In this document: positions 43,079-52,022 of the stretch, piece by piece
Position numbering within the stretch: position 1 is the stretch's first letter
Layout of the letters: each line of letters starts with the position of its first letter
Assembly (NCBI GenBank): GCA_038890815.1
Contig: JAWAFC010000001.1
Coordinates: forward strand, 135-64,134
Length of the DNA: 64,000 nt
Source of the DNA: Candidatus Micrarchaeia archaeon
GTDB lineage: Archaea > Micrarchaeota > Micrarchaeia > Burarchaeales > JACRGF01
Direction: 5' to 3'
Translations under genes and position numbers: made by a program
Notes under the pieces: generated by a model
The model's database searches: none
The model's input: only the letters and a program-made list of their open reading frames with translations
What the model was told of the DNA's origin: nothing

Positions 43079-44191
43079 ATGGTGGAAATCAGAGAACAAA
43101 AGCCTGTGGTGTTTGATTACGAGGAGCCGCTGAGCAAGGTGGCGGCAGAGCTCGCCAAGATAGGCACATGCGTCATCATCACAAAGGACGGAAAATATGA
43201 GGGGATAATTGACGACAGATGCATAACGAGAATGCCCCCAGACCCATCGAAAGCCAAAGCTGGCACATATGCTGTTCCGGCGCCCGCGATAGAGAGGGGG
43301 ACCAGCCTGCTGGAGATCTGCAGGCTGTTCTATGACTCTCCTTTCAAGGCCCTGCCGGTCATCGAGAAGGAAAAGCCATCGGCAGTGGTGGGAAGGGCCG
43401 AGGTGCTCCTGGCATTGGCAAAGGAGAACCTCCTTCCCAAGGGAAAGGTGGCCGATTTCATGAGCGCTCCGGCCGCCACCATCCCGGAAAGCGCCTCTAT
43501 CGCCGCTGCGAGAGCGAGGCTCAGGGAGAAAAATGTGAAGAGGCTCATTGTGGTGGATGAGAGCGGGCGGTTTTCGGGAGTGATAGGCACCTACGAGCTC
43601 AGCACTGCGCTCGCCAAACCAAAGGACAGACCCCCTCTCGCCAGAGAGAGGCTGGGGCTCAGCGAGCAGCCCGTGAGCTCGCTCAAAAGGGAACCGGTCG
43701 ATACCATTGCGCCCGACGCCAGCCTGGCCGATGCCGCGCTGCTCATGGCCGACAAAAACGTCTCAACGCTCGTCGTGCTCGGCGAGGATGAGAGGCCGCT
43801 CGGGCTTATCTCCGCCAAAGACATTTTCGGAAATATACTGGTGGTCGAGGAGCCGCGGACCGAGCTCAGCGGGTTTGATGCCGAGGATAGGGAGAGCATG
43901 AGCGTGCTACGCGCCTACCTGGATAGGTTCTTGGCCAAGTATGGGAAGGCATACACCATTCAGAAGGTGCGCATCACGGCGAAAAAACAGCGCAAGAAAG
44001 GTGCCAGGCATCTCTACTCGCTGACGGGCAGCGTACAGACCGCCAAGGAGAGAGTGAATGCCAGCATTCAGGGCTGGGATCTGAAGCTGATCTTCCACAC
44101 CCTGCTCGACGAGCTCGCAAAGCTGCTTGAGCGTGCAGCTCGGCCCACGCGCAGGCGAGCCGGGCTCAAGGCGGCAAGGGCGGGGCTCTGA
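43079..44191 (+). CDS. CBS-domain protein fused to a C-terminal HPF/RaiA (S30AE)-like domain
   Basis: Start at MVEIREQ (ATG 43079). Repeated CBS units (...VIITKDGKYEGIIDDRCI..., ...ALPVIEKEK..VVGRAEV..., ...VKRLIVVDESGRFSGVIGTYEL..., ...VSTLVVLGEDERPLGLISAKDI...). The tail LRAYLDRFLAKYGKAYTIQKVRITA...VNASIQGWDLKLIFHTLLDELAKLLER matches the HPF pattern. Confidence 0.7.
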   Translation: MVEIREQKPVVFDYEEPLSKVAAELAKIGTCVIITKDGKYEGIIDDRCITRMPPDPSKAKAGTYAVPAPAIERGTSLLEICRLFYDSPFKALPVIEKEKPSAVVGRAEVLLALAKENLLPKGKVADFMSAPAATIPESASIAAARARLREKNVKRLIVVDESGRFSGVIGTYELSTALAKPKDRPPLARERLGLSEQPVSSLKREPVDTIAPDASLADAALLMADKNVSTLVVLGEDERPLGLISAKDIFGNILVVEEPRTELSGFDAEDRESMSVLRAYLDRFLAKYGKAYTIQKVRITAKKQRKKGARHLYSLTGSVQTAKERVNASIQGWDLKLIFHTLLDELAKLLERAARPTRRRAGLKAARAGL

Positions 44192-44447
44192 GCGCCCTCA
44201 GCAGGAAATAGATTACCCAGCTCCATTGAAGCAGAAGCTGAATGACGCTCACCAGTATGAGCGGTGGGATGGCCAACAGGCGCAGACGCGGATATCTCAC
44301 CCATACGATGTAGGCGAGCCCTGCCGCGGGCGAAATGAGCGACCACAGGAGAAGCACTACTACGTCAATGTCTGTGAGGAATGAATGGGCCTCCTTTGCC
44401 ACTGTTCTGGCTTCCTGAAGGGCGAGCTCGCTGATCTCCCGCGTCAC
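44166..44447 (-). CDS. Hypothetical small membrane protein
   Basis: 93 aa, GTG start, two hydrophobic helices. Its 3' end overlaps the convergent CBS gene by 26 nt. Confidence 0.35.
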   Translation of the reverse strand: MTREISELALQEARTVAKEAHSFLTDIDVVVLLLWSLISPAAGLAYIVWVRYPRLRLLAIPPLILVSVIQLLLQWSWVIYFLLRALRAPPLPP

Positions 44448-44522
44448 ATCCTCCAGCTCATAGGCAAGGCGCCTTCTCTTCCTCTCGAGAGCCGCGAGCC
44501 TTGAAAGTGGCGTGTTCTCACC

Positions 44523-44948
44523 TCATGCAGGCTCTATGCGCGCGTGCGCGCCCTCGGGTGAACGTTCCGAAACAACAGATATTTTATATGTGCCGGGCAG
44601 GCGGATCCTTTCCAGGTTTGAGCTTGTTATGTTCGCTCTCGTCGTTTTGACTATTTCCGTCTTCCCCCCTACGACGCTCAGGCGTATGACTATCTCGCGG
44701 CCCTCTGCCCGAATTTCCTCCACGTTGGCGGGGGTGCTCACATAGATGCTCAGGTTACTGCCCTCCCCGCTCGCTACCACGACATCGACGGCCTCGGAGA
44801 GCGCGAGCGCCATCCTCTCTGCCTGATTCACATTCACCTGGTCAGCGAACGTTTGCGCCTGCCCGTAGATTCCGAGAATGAACGGGATGAGCAGCACGAC
44901 GATGATGCCGATGACGACGAGCACCTCAACGCTCACCTGTGCCTTCAT
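44523..44948 (-). CDS. Type IV pilin-like protein (class III signal peptide)
   Basis: Start taken at MKAQVS/VEVLVVIGIIVVLLIPFILGIYG (ATG 44948). The ORF is open upstream to 45023. Confidence 0.6.
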   Translation of the reverse strand: MKAQVSVEVLVVIGIIVVLLIPFILGIYGQAQTFADQVNVNQAERMALALSEAVDVVVASGEGSNLSIYVSTPANVEEIRAEGREIVIRLSVVGGKTEIVKTTRANITSSNLERIRLPGTYKISVVSERSPEGAHARIEPA

Positions 44949-44998
44949 GCACAGAGCTATGCAATACGCGTTATTAATATTATTGGTAAAATTAGTGC

Positions 44999-46384
44999 GT
45001 GCAAAAACGGGCATTCGAGACATCGCTGACAGAGCTTGAGCGGGTGTGCGCGCGCGTGCTCCCGAAGATAAAGCCCACGAGAAGCGAGGAGTTCGCCGAG
45101 CGCCTGCTCGCGGATAGGATAATGGCGCGGCTCAAGGCGGTCATCCCTCGCGATGTGGAGATCGCGCTCGCGGGCAGCATCGCCAAGGGAACAAACCTAC
45201 GGGGCGACAGGGATTTCGATGTGTTCATCCTATTTCCGAAAACGTATTCTCGGAAGCAGCTCGCCACGCTGGGCCTCAAATGGGCCAAGCAGGCTGTCGC
45301 GCCCCATCCCTGGACAATAGGCTACGCCGAGCATCCTTACCTGCGCGCGAACCTCGAAGCGTGCGATGTCGACATCGTTCCGAGCTACAAGATAGAGGAG
45401 ATCGGCGAGAAGGCCACGAGCGTGGACAGAAGCCAGCTCCACACGAGATGGGTTAAGGCGAAGCTCACCGAGAAGCAATGCGATGAGGTGCGGCTGCTCA
45501 AGGCTTTCCTCAAGGGCATTGGCGTTTACGGCGCAGAGCTTAAAGTTGAGGGATTCTCCGGCTATCTGTGCGAGCTGCTCATCGCGCATTACGGCACTTT
45601 CGCAGAGGTGATAAGGGCCGCGAGCGAGTGGCGGAGGCCGGTCATCGATGTGGAAAAGCACTATGACGAGCGCGCGCTGGGCCAGAGGTTTTCCACACCG
45701 ATGATCGCCGTCGATCCCGTGGACAGGAATAGGAACGTCGCCGCAGTTGTCAGCGAGAGCTCGCTCGCCCGATTCATCTACGCAGCCAGGCAGTTCCTCA
45801 AGAAGCCCAGCGAGAGGTTCTTTTTCCCAATAAAAAAGGAAATCTCCTTCGCCCGCATGAGAAAGGCACTCGCCAAGAGAAAGCACATCCTCGTTTTGCT
45901 TTTCCGCGCTCCATCCGTGGTGCCCGATGTGTTGTGGCCGCAGCTCAGGAAAGCCGCGCATGCCGTCTCGAGGCATCTCGAGATAGCCGGCTTCCGCCTC
46001 ATCGGCAACGGCTGGTGGAGCGACGAGAAAAAATGGTGCGTTTTGCTGTTTGAGCTCGAAGTGCCAGAGCTGTCTCCGGTGAGGAAAGTCATGGGCCCCA
46101 GCGTTTGGCACGCGCGCGACCTGGATGCTTTCATGGCGACCCATGCCCGCGCGCTCGGCGGACCGTTCATCGAGGGAATGAGGGTGGTCGCGATAGAGAG
46201 AAGACGGCACTGGAGCGCGGCTTCTCTCCTCAAAGAAATTGCGGCGCACCCAGAAAAATACGCCATGCCCTCTCACCTGCGCGACTCGCTGGCCAAGGGC
46301 TTCAAGCTGCTCGATGGAAGGCAGGCCCTGAAGCACGAGGCATGCGTGCGGGCGCTCTCAGAGTATCTGAACAGGGGAATGTGA
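44999..46384 (+). CDS. cca: CCA-adding tRNA nucleotidyltransferase (archaeal class I)
   Basis: 461 aa. LAGSIAKGTNLRGDRDFDVFILFP nucleotidyltransferase motif and ...SVDRSQLHTRWV... Confidence 0.9.
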   Translation: MQKRAFETSLTELERVCARVLPKIKPTRSEEFAERLLADRIMARLKAVIPRDVEIALAGSIAKGTNLRGDRDFDVFILFPKTYSRKQLATLGLKWAKQAVAPHPWTIGYAEHPYLRANLEACDVDIVPSYKIEEIGEKATSVDRSQLHTRWVKAKLTEKQCDEVRLLKAFLKGIGVYGAELKVEGFSGYLCELLIAHYGTFAEVIRAASEWRRPVIDVEKHYDERALGQRFSTPMIAVDPVDRNRNVAAVVSESSLARFIYAARQFLKKPSERFFFPIKKEISFARMRKALAKRKHILVLLFRAPSVVPDVLWPQLRKAAHAVSRHLEIAGFRLIGNGWWSDEKKWCVLLFELEVPELSPVRKVMGPSVWHARDLDAFMATHARALGGPFIEGMRVVAIERRRHWSAASLLKEIAAHPEKYAMPSHLRDSLAKGFKLLDGRQALKHEACVRALSEYLNRGM

Positions 46385-46663
46385 ATGATAACAGAGGAGA
46401 TCCTGCGTAAGGTCGCTGAGATAGCCAGGCTGCGCCTCTCACAGGCCGAGCTGGCTTCGTTCAGGAAAGAGCTTGAGGAGATTCTCGCGCATTTCTCAAA
46501 AATACAGAAGATGGGGGAGGGCGAGGCCGAGCACTATGGGAGAAGGCTTGCCAATAGCCTCAGGGAGGATAGGGCGGAGTGCTGGGCGGGGGGCGAGGAT
46601 ATCCTTGCTAACTTCAATAGGCGAGAGGGCAGGCTTCTGGTTGCGCCCAAATCGCTGGAGTGA
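46385..46663 (+). CDS. gatC: Asp/Glu-tRNA amidotransferase subunit C
   Basis: 92 aa. ...VAEIARLRLSQAELASFRKELEEILAHF... Immediately precedes gatA and gatB. Confidence 0.85.
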   Translation: MITEEILRKVAEIARLRLSQAELASFRKELEEILAHFSKIQKMGEGEAEHYGRRLANSLREDRAECWAGGEDILANFNRREGRLLVAPKSLE

Positions 46664-46667
46664 GAGC

Positions 46668-48068
46668 GTGGGTGTATTTGAGATCGCCCGAGAAGTCAAG
46701 GACGGCAGAATGCTGGCGGAAGAACGTACGGCAAGCTTCCTCGAAGCAATCCGCAAGCGAGATGGTCGCATTCGTGCCTTCGTCGATGTATTCGAGAAAG
46801 AGGCGTTGGCAAGAGCGAGGGAAATCGACGCCAAGGCGAGAAGGGGCGAGAAGCTGGGTAGGCTTGCCGGCGTGGTCTTCTCCATCAAGAGCAACCTGTG
46901 CCTGAAAGGCAAGAGGGCCACATGCAGCTCTAGGATGCTTGAGAAATACATTGCTCCCTATACGGCTACCGCAGTCCAGCGCCTTCTGGCTGAGGATGCC
47001 ATCATCATCGGCTCCACGAATATGGATGAGTTTGCCTGCGGAAGCGACACAACCCACAGTGCCTTCTTTCCAACCCGAAACCCACTTGACGAAGAGAGGG
47101 TACCGGGCGGGAGCAGTGGGGGCGCGGCCGCCTCGGTGGCGGCCGGCTTCTGCGATGCCGCGCTCGGCACTGACACCGGCGGGAGCATTCGCTGCCCGGC
47201 AGCATTTTGTGGGGTGGTGGGATTCAAGCCCACCTATGGGCTTGTCTCGCGCCATGGCCTCATTGATATGGGGATGTCGCTCGACCAAATAGGCCCGCTC
47301 GCGAGGGACTCGGAAAGCGCGGCCCAGACCCTAGCCATCATTGCGGGCGAAGACCCTCACGACCCAACCACCGCAGGGGTGAAAAATGTGGAGTTCGAGC
47401 TCGCTCCGAGAAAGCTGCGCGTGGGGCTCCCGAAGCAGTTTTTTGATGGCGTGGATGCAAAAATCGTGAGAGCGATAAAGGAGGCTGCAAAAAAGCTGGA
47501 GAAAGCCGGCGCCACCCTCATCGATGTGTCCATCCCTTCTCTCGGGTATGCCATCCCCATCTATTATCTCCTCAATTTCGCCGAGTTTTCCTCCGCCATG
47601 CAGAGATATGATGGGCTGCGGTATGGCATGCCCGCCGATCCGGCCAAGCCGCTTATCGAGTCCGTCAGCGAGGTACGCGACAGGGCGTTTGGCGAGGAAG
47701 TCAAGCGCCGCATCCTGCTCGGGACTTTCATCACTATGAAGGAGTGGCACGAGGCATGGCTCGGCAAGACGCTCAAGGCGCGCGGCGCGCTCAGGAAGGA
47801 ATTCGATGCCGCGCTCGCACAGTGCGATGTGCTTCTCGGGCCGGCCATGCCGGTTCTTCCCTGGAAAATCGGCGCAAAGCTCAATCCCCTCGAGATGTAC
47901 CTCTCGGATATCCTCACGGTGAGCGCCAACCTGTGTGGCATCCCTGCGGGCGTCGTGCCCTGCGGTAAGATCGGCAAGCTCAGTGTTGGCGCACAGTTCC
48001 ATGCGAGGGCGTTTGAGGATGAGAAGGCCCTCGTTGCCATGAAAATGCTGGAGGAGGGGCATGCCTGA
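46668..48068 (+). CDS. gatA: Asp/Glu-tRNA amidotransferase subunit A
   Basis: Amidase signature GGSSGGAAASVAAG...ALGTDTGGSIRCPAAFCGVVGFKPTYG. GTG start at 46668, 4 nt after the gatC stop. Confidence 0.9.
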   Translation: MGVFEIAREVKDGRMLAEERTASFLEAIRKRDGRIRAFVDVFEKEALARAREIDAKARRGEKLGRLAGVVFSIKSNLCLKGKRATCSSRMLEKYIAPYTATAVQRLLAEDAIIIGSTNMDEFACGSDTTHSAFFPTRNPLDEERVPGGSSGGAAASVAAGFCDAALGTDTGGSIRCPAAFCGVVGFKPTYGLVSRHGLIDMGMSLDQIGPLARDSESAAQTLAIIAGEDPHDPTTAGVKNVEFELAPRKLRVGLPKQFFDGVDAKIVRAIKEAAKKLEKAGATLIDVSIPSLGYAIPIYYLLNFAEFSSAMQRYDGLRYGMPADPAKPLIESVSEVRDRAFGEEVKRRILLGTFITMKEWHEAWLGKTLKARGALRKEFDAALAQCDVLLGPAMPVLPWKIGAKLNPLEMYLSDILTVSANLCGIPAGVVPCGKIGKLSVGAQFHARAFEDEKALVAMKMLEEGHA

Positions 48069-49431
48069 GGAAGAACTGCTCATCGGCCTTGAGATTCATG
48101 TACAGCTGAAGAGCGAGGCAAAGCTCTTCTGCCCCTGCAGAGCCAGCTATCAAGGTGTGGAGGCCAACACCAACATCTGCCCAATCTGTACCGGCCAGCC
48201 CGGTGCCAAGCCCATGTCGGTAAACGAGCGCGCGCTCCGAAACCTGCTGAAGATAGCGCTCGCGCTCGGCGCGAGGGTGCTCGTCGATGAACCGATTCAC
48301 ATACAGAGAAAGCACTATTTCTATCCCGACCTGCCATCGGGCTATCAGAGAACCAGCAAACCCATAGCCGTTGAAGGAAGGCTGGGGGAGGTACGCATCC
48401 GCGAGCTGCACCTGGAGGAGGACCCCGGCAGGTATGAGCTGAAGAAGGGGCTGGTAGACTACAACAGATCGGGCATCCCGCTGGTTGAGATCGTCACCGA
48501 ACCCGACATACGCTCTCCTGAGGCCGCGCGCGCTTTCCTCGAGGAGTTGGCCGCCATACTCGGCTACCTGGATGCCGCGAGAGAGGAGGCTGGCTCCACG
48601 CGCATCGATGCCAACATCTCGCTGGCGGGCGGGAGCCGCGTCGAGGTGAAGAACATCAATTCCTTCAAGGGCGTATTCACCGCGCTCAGCTATGAGATTC
48701 TCAGGCAGAAGGCCCTGCTCTCCAAGGGCATGGCAGTCGCGCGGGAGACGCGCCACTATGACGAGGCGCAAGGGATAACCATCGGCCTGCGGAGGAAGGA
48801 GGCCGCCGAAGACTATAGGTATTTCCCGGATCCTGACATTCCCCCGCTCATCATCCCACAGCAGCTTGTGGCCTCCCTCAGCCTGCCCGAGCTTCCGAGA
48901 CAGAGGAGCGCGCGCATAGCGCAAGAATACAGAATAAGGGGGGAGGATGCATGGGTAATCGTCGCTGAAAGGGAGCTCGCCGATGTGTTCGAGTCGCTGG
49001 CAAAGAAATTCCCCCCTCAGGAGCTTGCGTTCTGGATGCGGGGCCCGCTCAAGAAACAACTGAACTGGAGGAACCTTACCTTCAGAGATTCGGGCTTGTC
49101 CGAGAAACAGGTTTCCGAGTTGCTCGAGCTCCTTTTCTCTAAAAAAATAACCGAGAAGGTGGCGGAAGAGCTCCTCATCAAACTTATTGAAAAGAAAATT
49201 TCTTCAGCAAAGACTGAAGTCGAGGCCGCAGGGCTGGCGAGAATCGACAGCGAGCGCGAGATTGCAAAAATAGTTGAGGAGGTGCTGGCAGAGCATCCAA
49301 AGGCCGTCCGGGATTATAAGGCCGGCGAGGCCCGAGCGCTCAACTTCCTCGCGGGCAAGGTTATGGCGAAGACGAGGGGGAAAGCGGACCCAGCAATTGT
49401 GAGCAGGCTGCTGAAGGAAAAATTGGGCTGA
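48061..49431 (+). CDS. gatB: Asp/Glu-tRNA amidotransferase subunit B
   Basis: 456 aa. IGLEIHVQL...LFCPC...CPICTGQPG...HYFYPDLPSGYQ... Confidence 0.9.
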   Translation: MPEEELLIGLEIHVQLKSEAKLFCPCRASYQGVEANTNICPICTGQPGAKPMSVNERALRNLLKIALALGARVLVDEPIHIQRKHYFYPDLPSGYQRTSKPIAVEGRLGEVRIRELHLEEDPGRYELKKGLVDYNRSGIPLVEIVTEPDIRSPEAARAFLEELAAILGYLDAAREEAGSTRIDANISLAGGSRVEVKNINSFKGVFTALSYEILRQKALLSKGMAVARETRHYDEAQGITIGLRRKEAAEDYRYFPDPDIPPLIIPQQLVASLSLPELPRQRSARIAQEYRIRGEDAWVIVAERELADVFESLAKKFPPQELAFWMRGPLKKQLNWRNLTFRDSGLSEKQVSELLELLFSKKITEKVAEELLIKLIEKKISSAKTEVEAAGLARIDSEREIAKIVEEVLAEHPKAVRDYKAGEARALNFLAGKVMAKTRGKADPAIVSRLLKEKLG

Positions 49432-49435
49432 GAAA

Positions 49436-49864
49436 ATGAAAAAGGGAAAAGTCGTTCTTGCAGGCGGAGTTTTCGATGTCCTCCATCCGGGCCATATTTT
49501 TTTTCTGGAGCAGGCGAAAAAGCTCGGTGATGTGCTCGTGGTGGTCATCGCCACGGATGCCACAGTCAGGCGCCTCAAAAAAAGGCAGCCCATCTACCCC
49601 GCAAAAGCCAGGGCGCGCATCGTGGCCTCCCTCAAGCCAGTGGATAAGGTTGTCATAGGAAGCCCGCACGACAAGTTCGCCGTAGTCCGGCGCGTCAAGC
49701 CCGACATAATAGCATTCGGCTATGACCAGCCGATGGGGGATTTTGCCTGCCTGAGGAAAGAGGGAATAAAGCTCGTGAGGATCAGGAGGCGCCTAAACGA
49801 GAGGATATTTAAGACCTCGCGGATAATTACTGAAATGAGAAAGAGGGAGCACGCGCACGTGTGA
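49436..49864 (+). CDS. ribL: Archaeal FAD synthase (RibL, cytidylyltransferase fold)
   Basis: 142 aa. LAGGVFDVLHPGHIFFLEQAKKLGDVLVVVIATD... Confidence 0.8.
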   Translation: MKKGKVVLAGGVFDVLHPGHIFFLEQAKKLGDVLVVVIATDATVRRLKKRQPIYPAKARARIVASLKPVDKVVIGSPHDKFAVVRRVKPDIIAFGYDQPMGDFACLRKEGIKLVRIRRRLNERIFKTSRIITEMRKREHAHV

Positions 49865-49900
49865 GAGCCTCCGCAAGCGCGTCCGAAACCAAATCGCTAC

Positions 49901-49911
49901 CTTTATATATG
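49901..49911 (+). promoter_or_regulatory. TATA-like box CTTTATATATG upstream of rpl10e
   Basis: About 50 nt upstream of ATG 49959. A GAGAGGT Shine-Dalgarno-like element sits at 49945-49951. Confidence 0.35.
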
Positions 49912-49958
49912 CCTCATACCTTAATATCTGCACGCCTTTTGTTTGAGAGGTAATCTGT

Positions 49959-50489
49959 ATGGGCCTTAGGCCTGCAAGAACGTGCAGGAGCTTGGATAAA
50001 GTGGCCTGGACTAGGTATTCGAAAAAGGTGCCCAGAAAGAGTTTTGTGAAGGCCCTCCCGCACAACGCCGTGAGCGTTTATGTCATGGGGCAGGCCAATC
50101 CTGCATATGATATGCTTTTCCGCCTCGTCGCCGAAGAGGATGTGCAGGCGAGGGACAACGCGCTGGAGAGCGCCCGGCAAGCTGCCAACAAGTACCTAGA
50201 GAAAGTGCTGCAGGGCGGGTACTTACTGCGGGTGAATGTGTTCCCGCACAACGTCATCCGTGAGAACAAGATGATTCTTGGCGCGGGCGCTGACCGCCTG
50301 CAAAAGGGCATGCGCCATGCCTACGGGCGACCCACTGACAGGGGGGCGAGGATTCACGCAGGGCAGACGGTGTTCAGCCTTCTGACCACTTCTGAAAAGT
50401 CCGATATCGCGAGGGAGGCGTTGAGGAGAGCGAAGTGCAAGCTTCCCGGAAAGTTTTCGATAATTGCCACGCCTGCGGGCGCGGCCTGA
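49959..50489 (+). CDS. rpl10e: 50S ribosomal protein L10e (uL16)
   Basis: 176 aa. MGLRPARTCRSLDKVAWTRYSKK...LRVNVFPHNVIRENKM... Confidence 0.9.
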   Translation: MGLRPARTCRSLDKVAWTRYSKKVPRKSFVKALPHNAVSVYVMGQANPAYDMLFRLVAEEDVQARDNALESARQAANKYLEKVLQGGYLLRVNVFPHNVIRENKMILGAGADRLQKGMRHAYGRPTDRGARIHAGQTVFSLLTTSEKSDIAREALRRAKCKLPGKFSIIATPAGAA

Positions 50490-50510
50490 GAGCCAGTGGG
50501 AGGTGTTCGC

Positions 50511-52022
50511 ATGACAAAGGAACCTTTCATCAGCACCGATGTGGATAAAGTGCTGAAGTTGCTTAAGGAAAAAGGTCGCATGGAAATCGGCGAGCTTGCA
50601 AAAAACGCGGGCCTCGGAATCCATGATGTTGAGAAATGGTGCCGCATGCTGGAGGAGCAGGGGCTGGTCAAGATCGAATATCACCTCACACGCACTTATG
50701 CCGTGTGGCGAGGCGAGACAAAGCTTCCCACGCTTTCCCAGGCGGTGGCGCCGCGAGAGAGGCCACAGCTGGAGGAAAAATTGGAGAGGCTCCTCGCTTC
50801 GGCGAGAGAGATCCAGCAGGAGATAAAGAGGCCGGCAGTCAAGCCAGAGGAGACCAAGCCGGAGACCAAACCGCCAGCGCCAACACCAGCACCGGTACGC
50901 GGGGCCAAGCCCAAGGAAATAGTCGAGCTGTCTGAGGCGCTCAAAGCAAAAATTTCAGAAATAAACCAAAAGGCTAGGGAAATTGAGGAGCTGAAGAACG
51001 AGCGTGAGGCTCTGCTGCACAATGCCTATCTGCCAATTGCAAAGAGGCTGGAGGCCGAGCTGGAGGCGCTCGAGGACCGCCTGCAGGCTAAGGAGACGCA
51101 GATACTGCGCCTGCGCCAGAGAGCCATCGAAATTCCCGACAAGATAAGCAACGTGGAGCTGGATGTGCTCAAGCTGAAGCAGAAGGAGGAGGAGGCGAGG
51201 AAGGCGCTCGAGGAGACCACCACCAAGATACAGCAGACCGTGAGCTTGCTGCGCGAGCTGCAGGCCGGTGTGGTAAGAAGCTCGGAAGAAGCGAGAAGGG
51301 CCATTGCCAGGGAGACGGAAACTCTCAACGACATGGAAAATGCGCTCGCCAAGCTCTCCGACATCGAGCGCGAGACGATGATGCATATAAAGGAGGCCCG
51401 GGAACGCATAGAGCAAGAGACCGCAAGGATAAAGAGCATGGAGGAAATGCTGGGAAAGCTTAAACAGAGCGAGAGCGAAACCAAAAAACGCATTGAGGAA
51501 GCGAGAGCGCGCCTGCAAAGCGAGAGCGCGCGTGTGACCGAACTGGAGAGCGCCATCACCGAACTACGCAAGATCGACGAGTGGATAAACGCTTATCAGA
51601 AGGAATACGAGAAGAAGTTCGCCGAATTCACCGCGTATGTAAAGGAGAATGAAAGCGAATTCAATGCATTGCGCGAAGCGATTGAGACAGGCTTTGTGCG
51701 GAAATACCTCAAAGAGCTCAAAGAACTCAGCGAGAGCCACGAATACGAGGTTAAGCAGGTCCTTAAGAAAGAGGAAGCGCTGAACGCCAAGGCCGAAGCC
51801 GCAAAGAAGAGTCTGGCCCAGCTGATTCAGGAAAGCAAGGAAATCAGCACACGCTTTGAGGAACTGCTCAAGCAGATGGAGAGCGGCAGGAGCGCGAGCG
51901 AGCGCCTGCGCAGACTTGAGGAAAAGCGCGAGAAGGTTGAGGAAAAGCTTTCAGAGAGCGGGAAGACGACAGCCAGCATTGAGGATGACCTGGCCGTGCT
52001 GTTTAGGGAAAAGAAAAAGTAG
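50511..52022 (+). CDS. Winged-helix N-terminal domain plus ~400-aa coiled-coil protein
   Basis: ATG at 50511 follows GGAGGTG. The N-terminus ...LLKEKGRMEIGELAKNAGLGIHDVEKWCRMLEEQGLVKIEY is wHTH-like. The remainder has E/K/L/A heptad character. Confidence 0.6.
   Translation: MTKEPFISTDVDKVLKLLKEKGRMEIGELAKNAGLGIHDVEKWCRMLEEQGLVKIEYHLTRTYAVWRGETKLPTLSQAVAPRERPQLEEKLERLLASAREIQQEIKRPAVKPEETKPETKPPAPTPAPVRGAKPKEIVELSEALKAKISEINQKAREIEELKNEREALLHNAYLPIAKRLEAELEALEDRLQAKETQILRLRQRAIEIPDKISNVELDVLKLKQKEEEARKALEETTTKIQQTVSLLRELQAGVVRSSEEARRAIARETETLNDMENALAKLSDIERETMMHIKEARERIEQETARIKSMEEMLGKLKQSESETKKRIEEARARLQSESARVTELESAITELRKIDEWINAYQKEYEKKFAEFTAYVKENESEFNALREAIETGFVRKYLKELKELSESHEYEVKQVLKKEEALNAKAEAAKKSLAQLIQESKEISTRFEELLKQMESGRSASERLRRLEEKREKVEEKLSESGKTTASIEDDLAVLFREKKK

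Noticed and set aside
44448-44525. The pilin gene's TGA stop (44523-44525) is in frame with the downstream 93-aa ORF, and the 75-nt spacer reads as plausible coiled coil (…LAALERKRRRLAYELED…). This suggested readthrough or recoding.
   Set aside because: TGA clearly functions as a stop at several overlapping junctions in this window (ATGA at ribB/ribC and gcvPA/gcvPB, and GTGA at Nudix/udg). A 25-codon open stretch in GC-rich DNA is not statistically remarkable. A pilin fused to a TM protein makes little biological sense.
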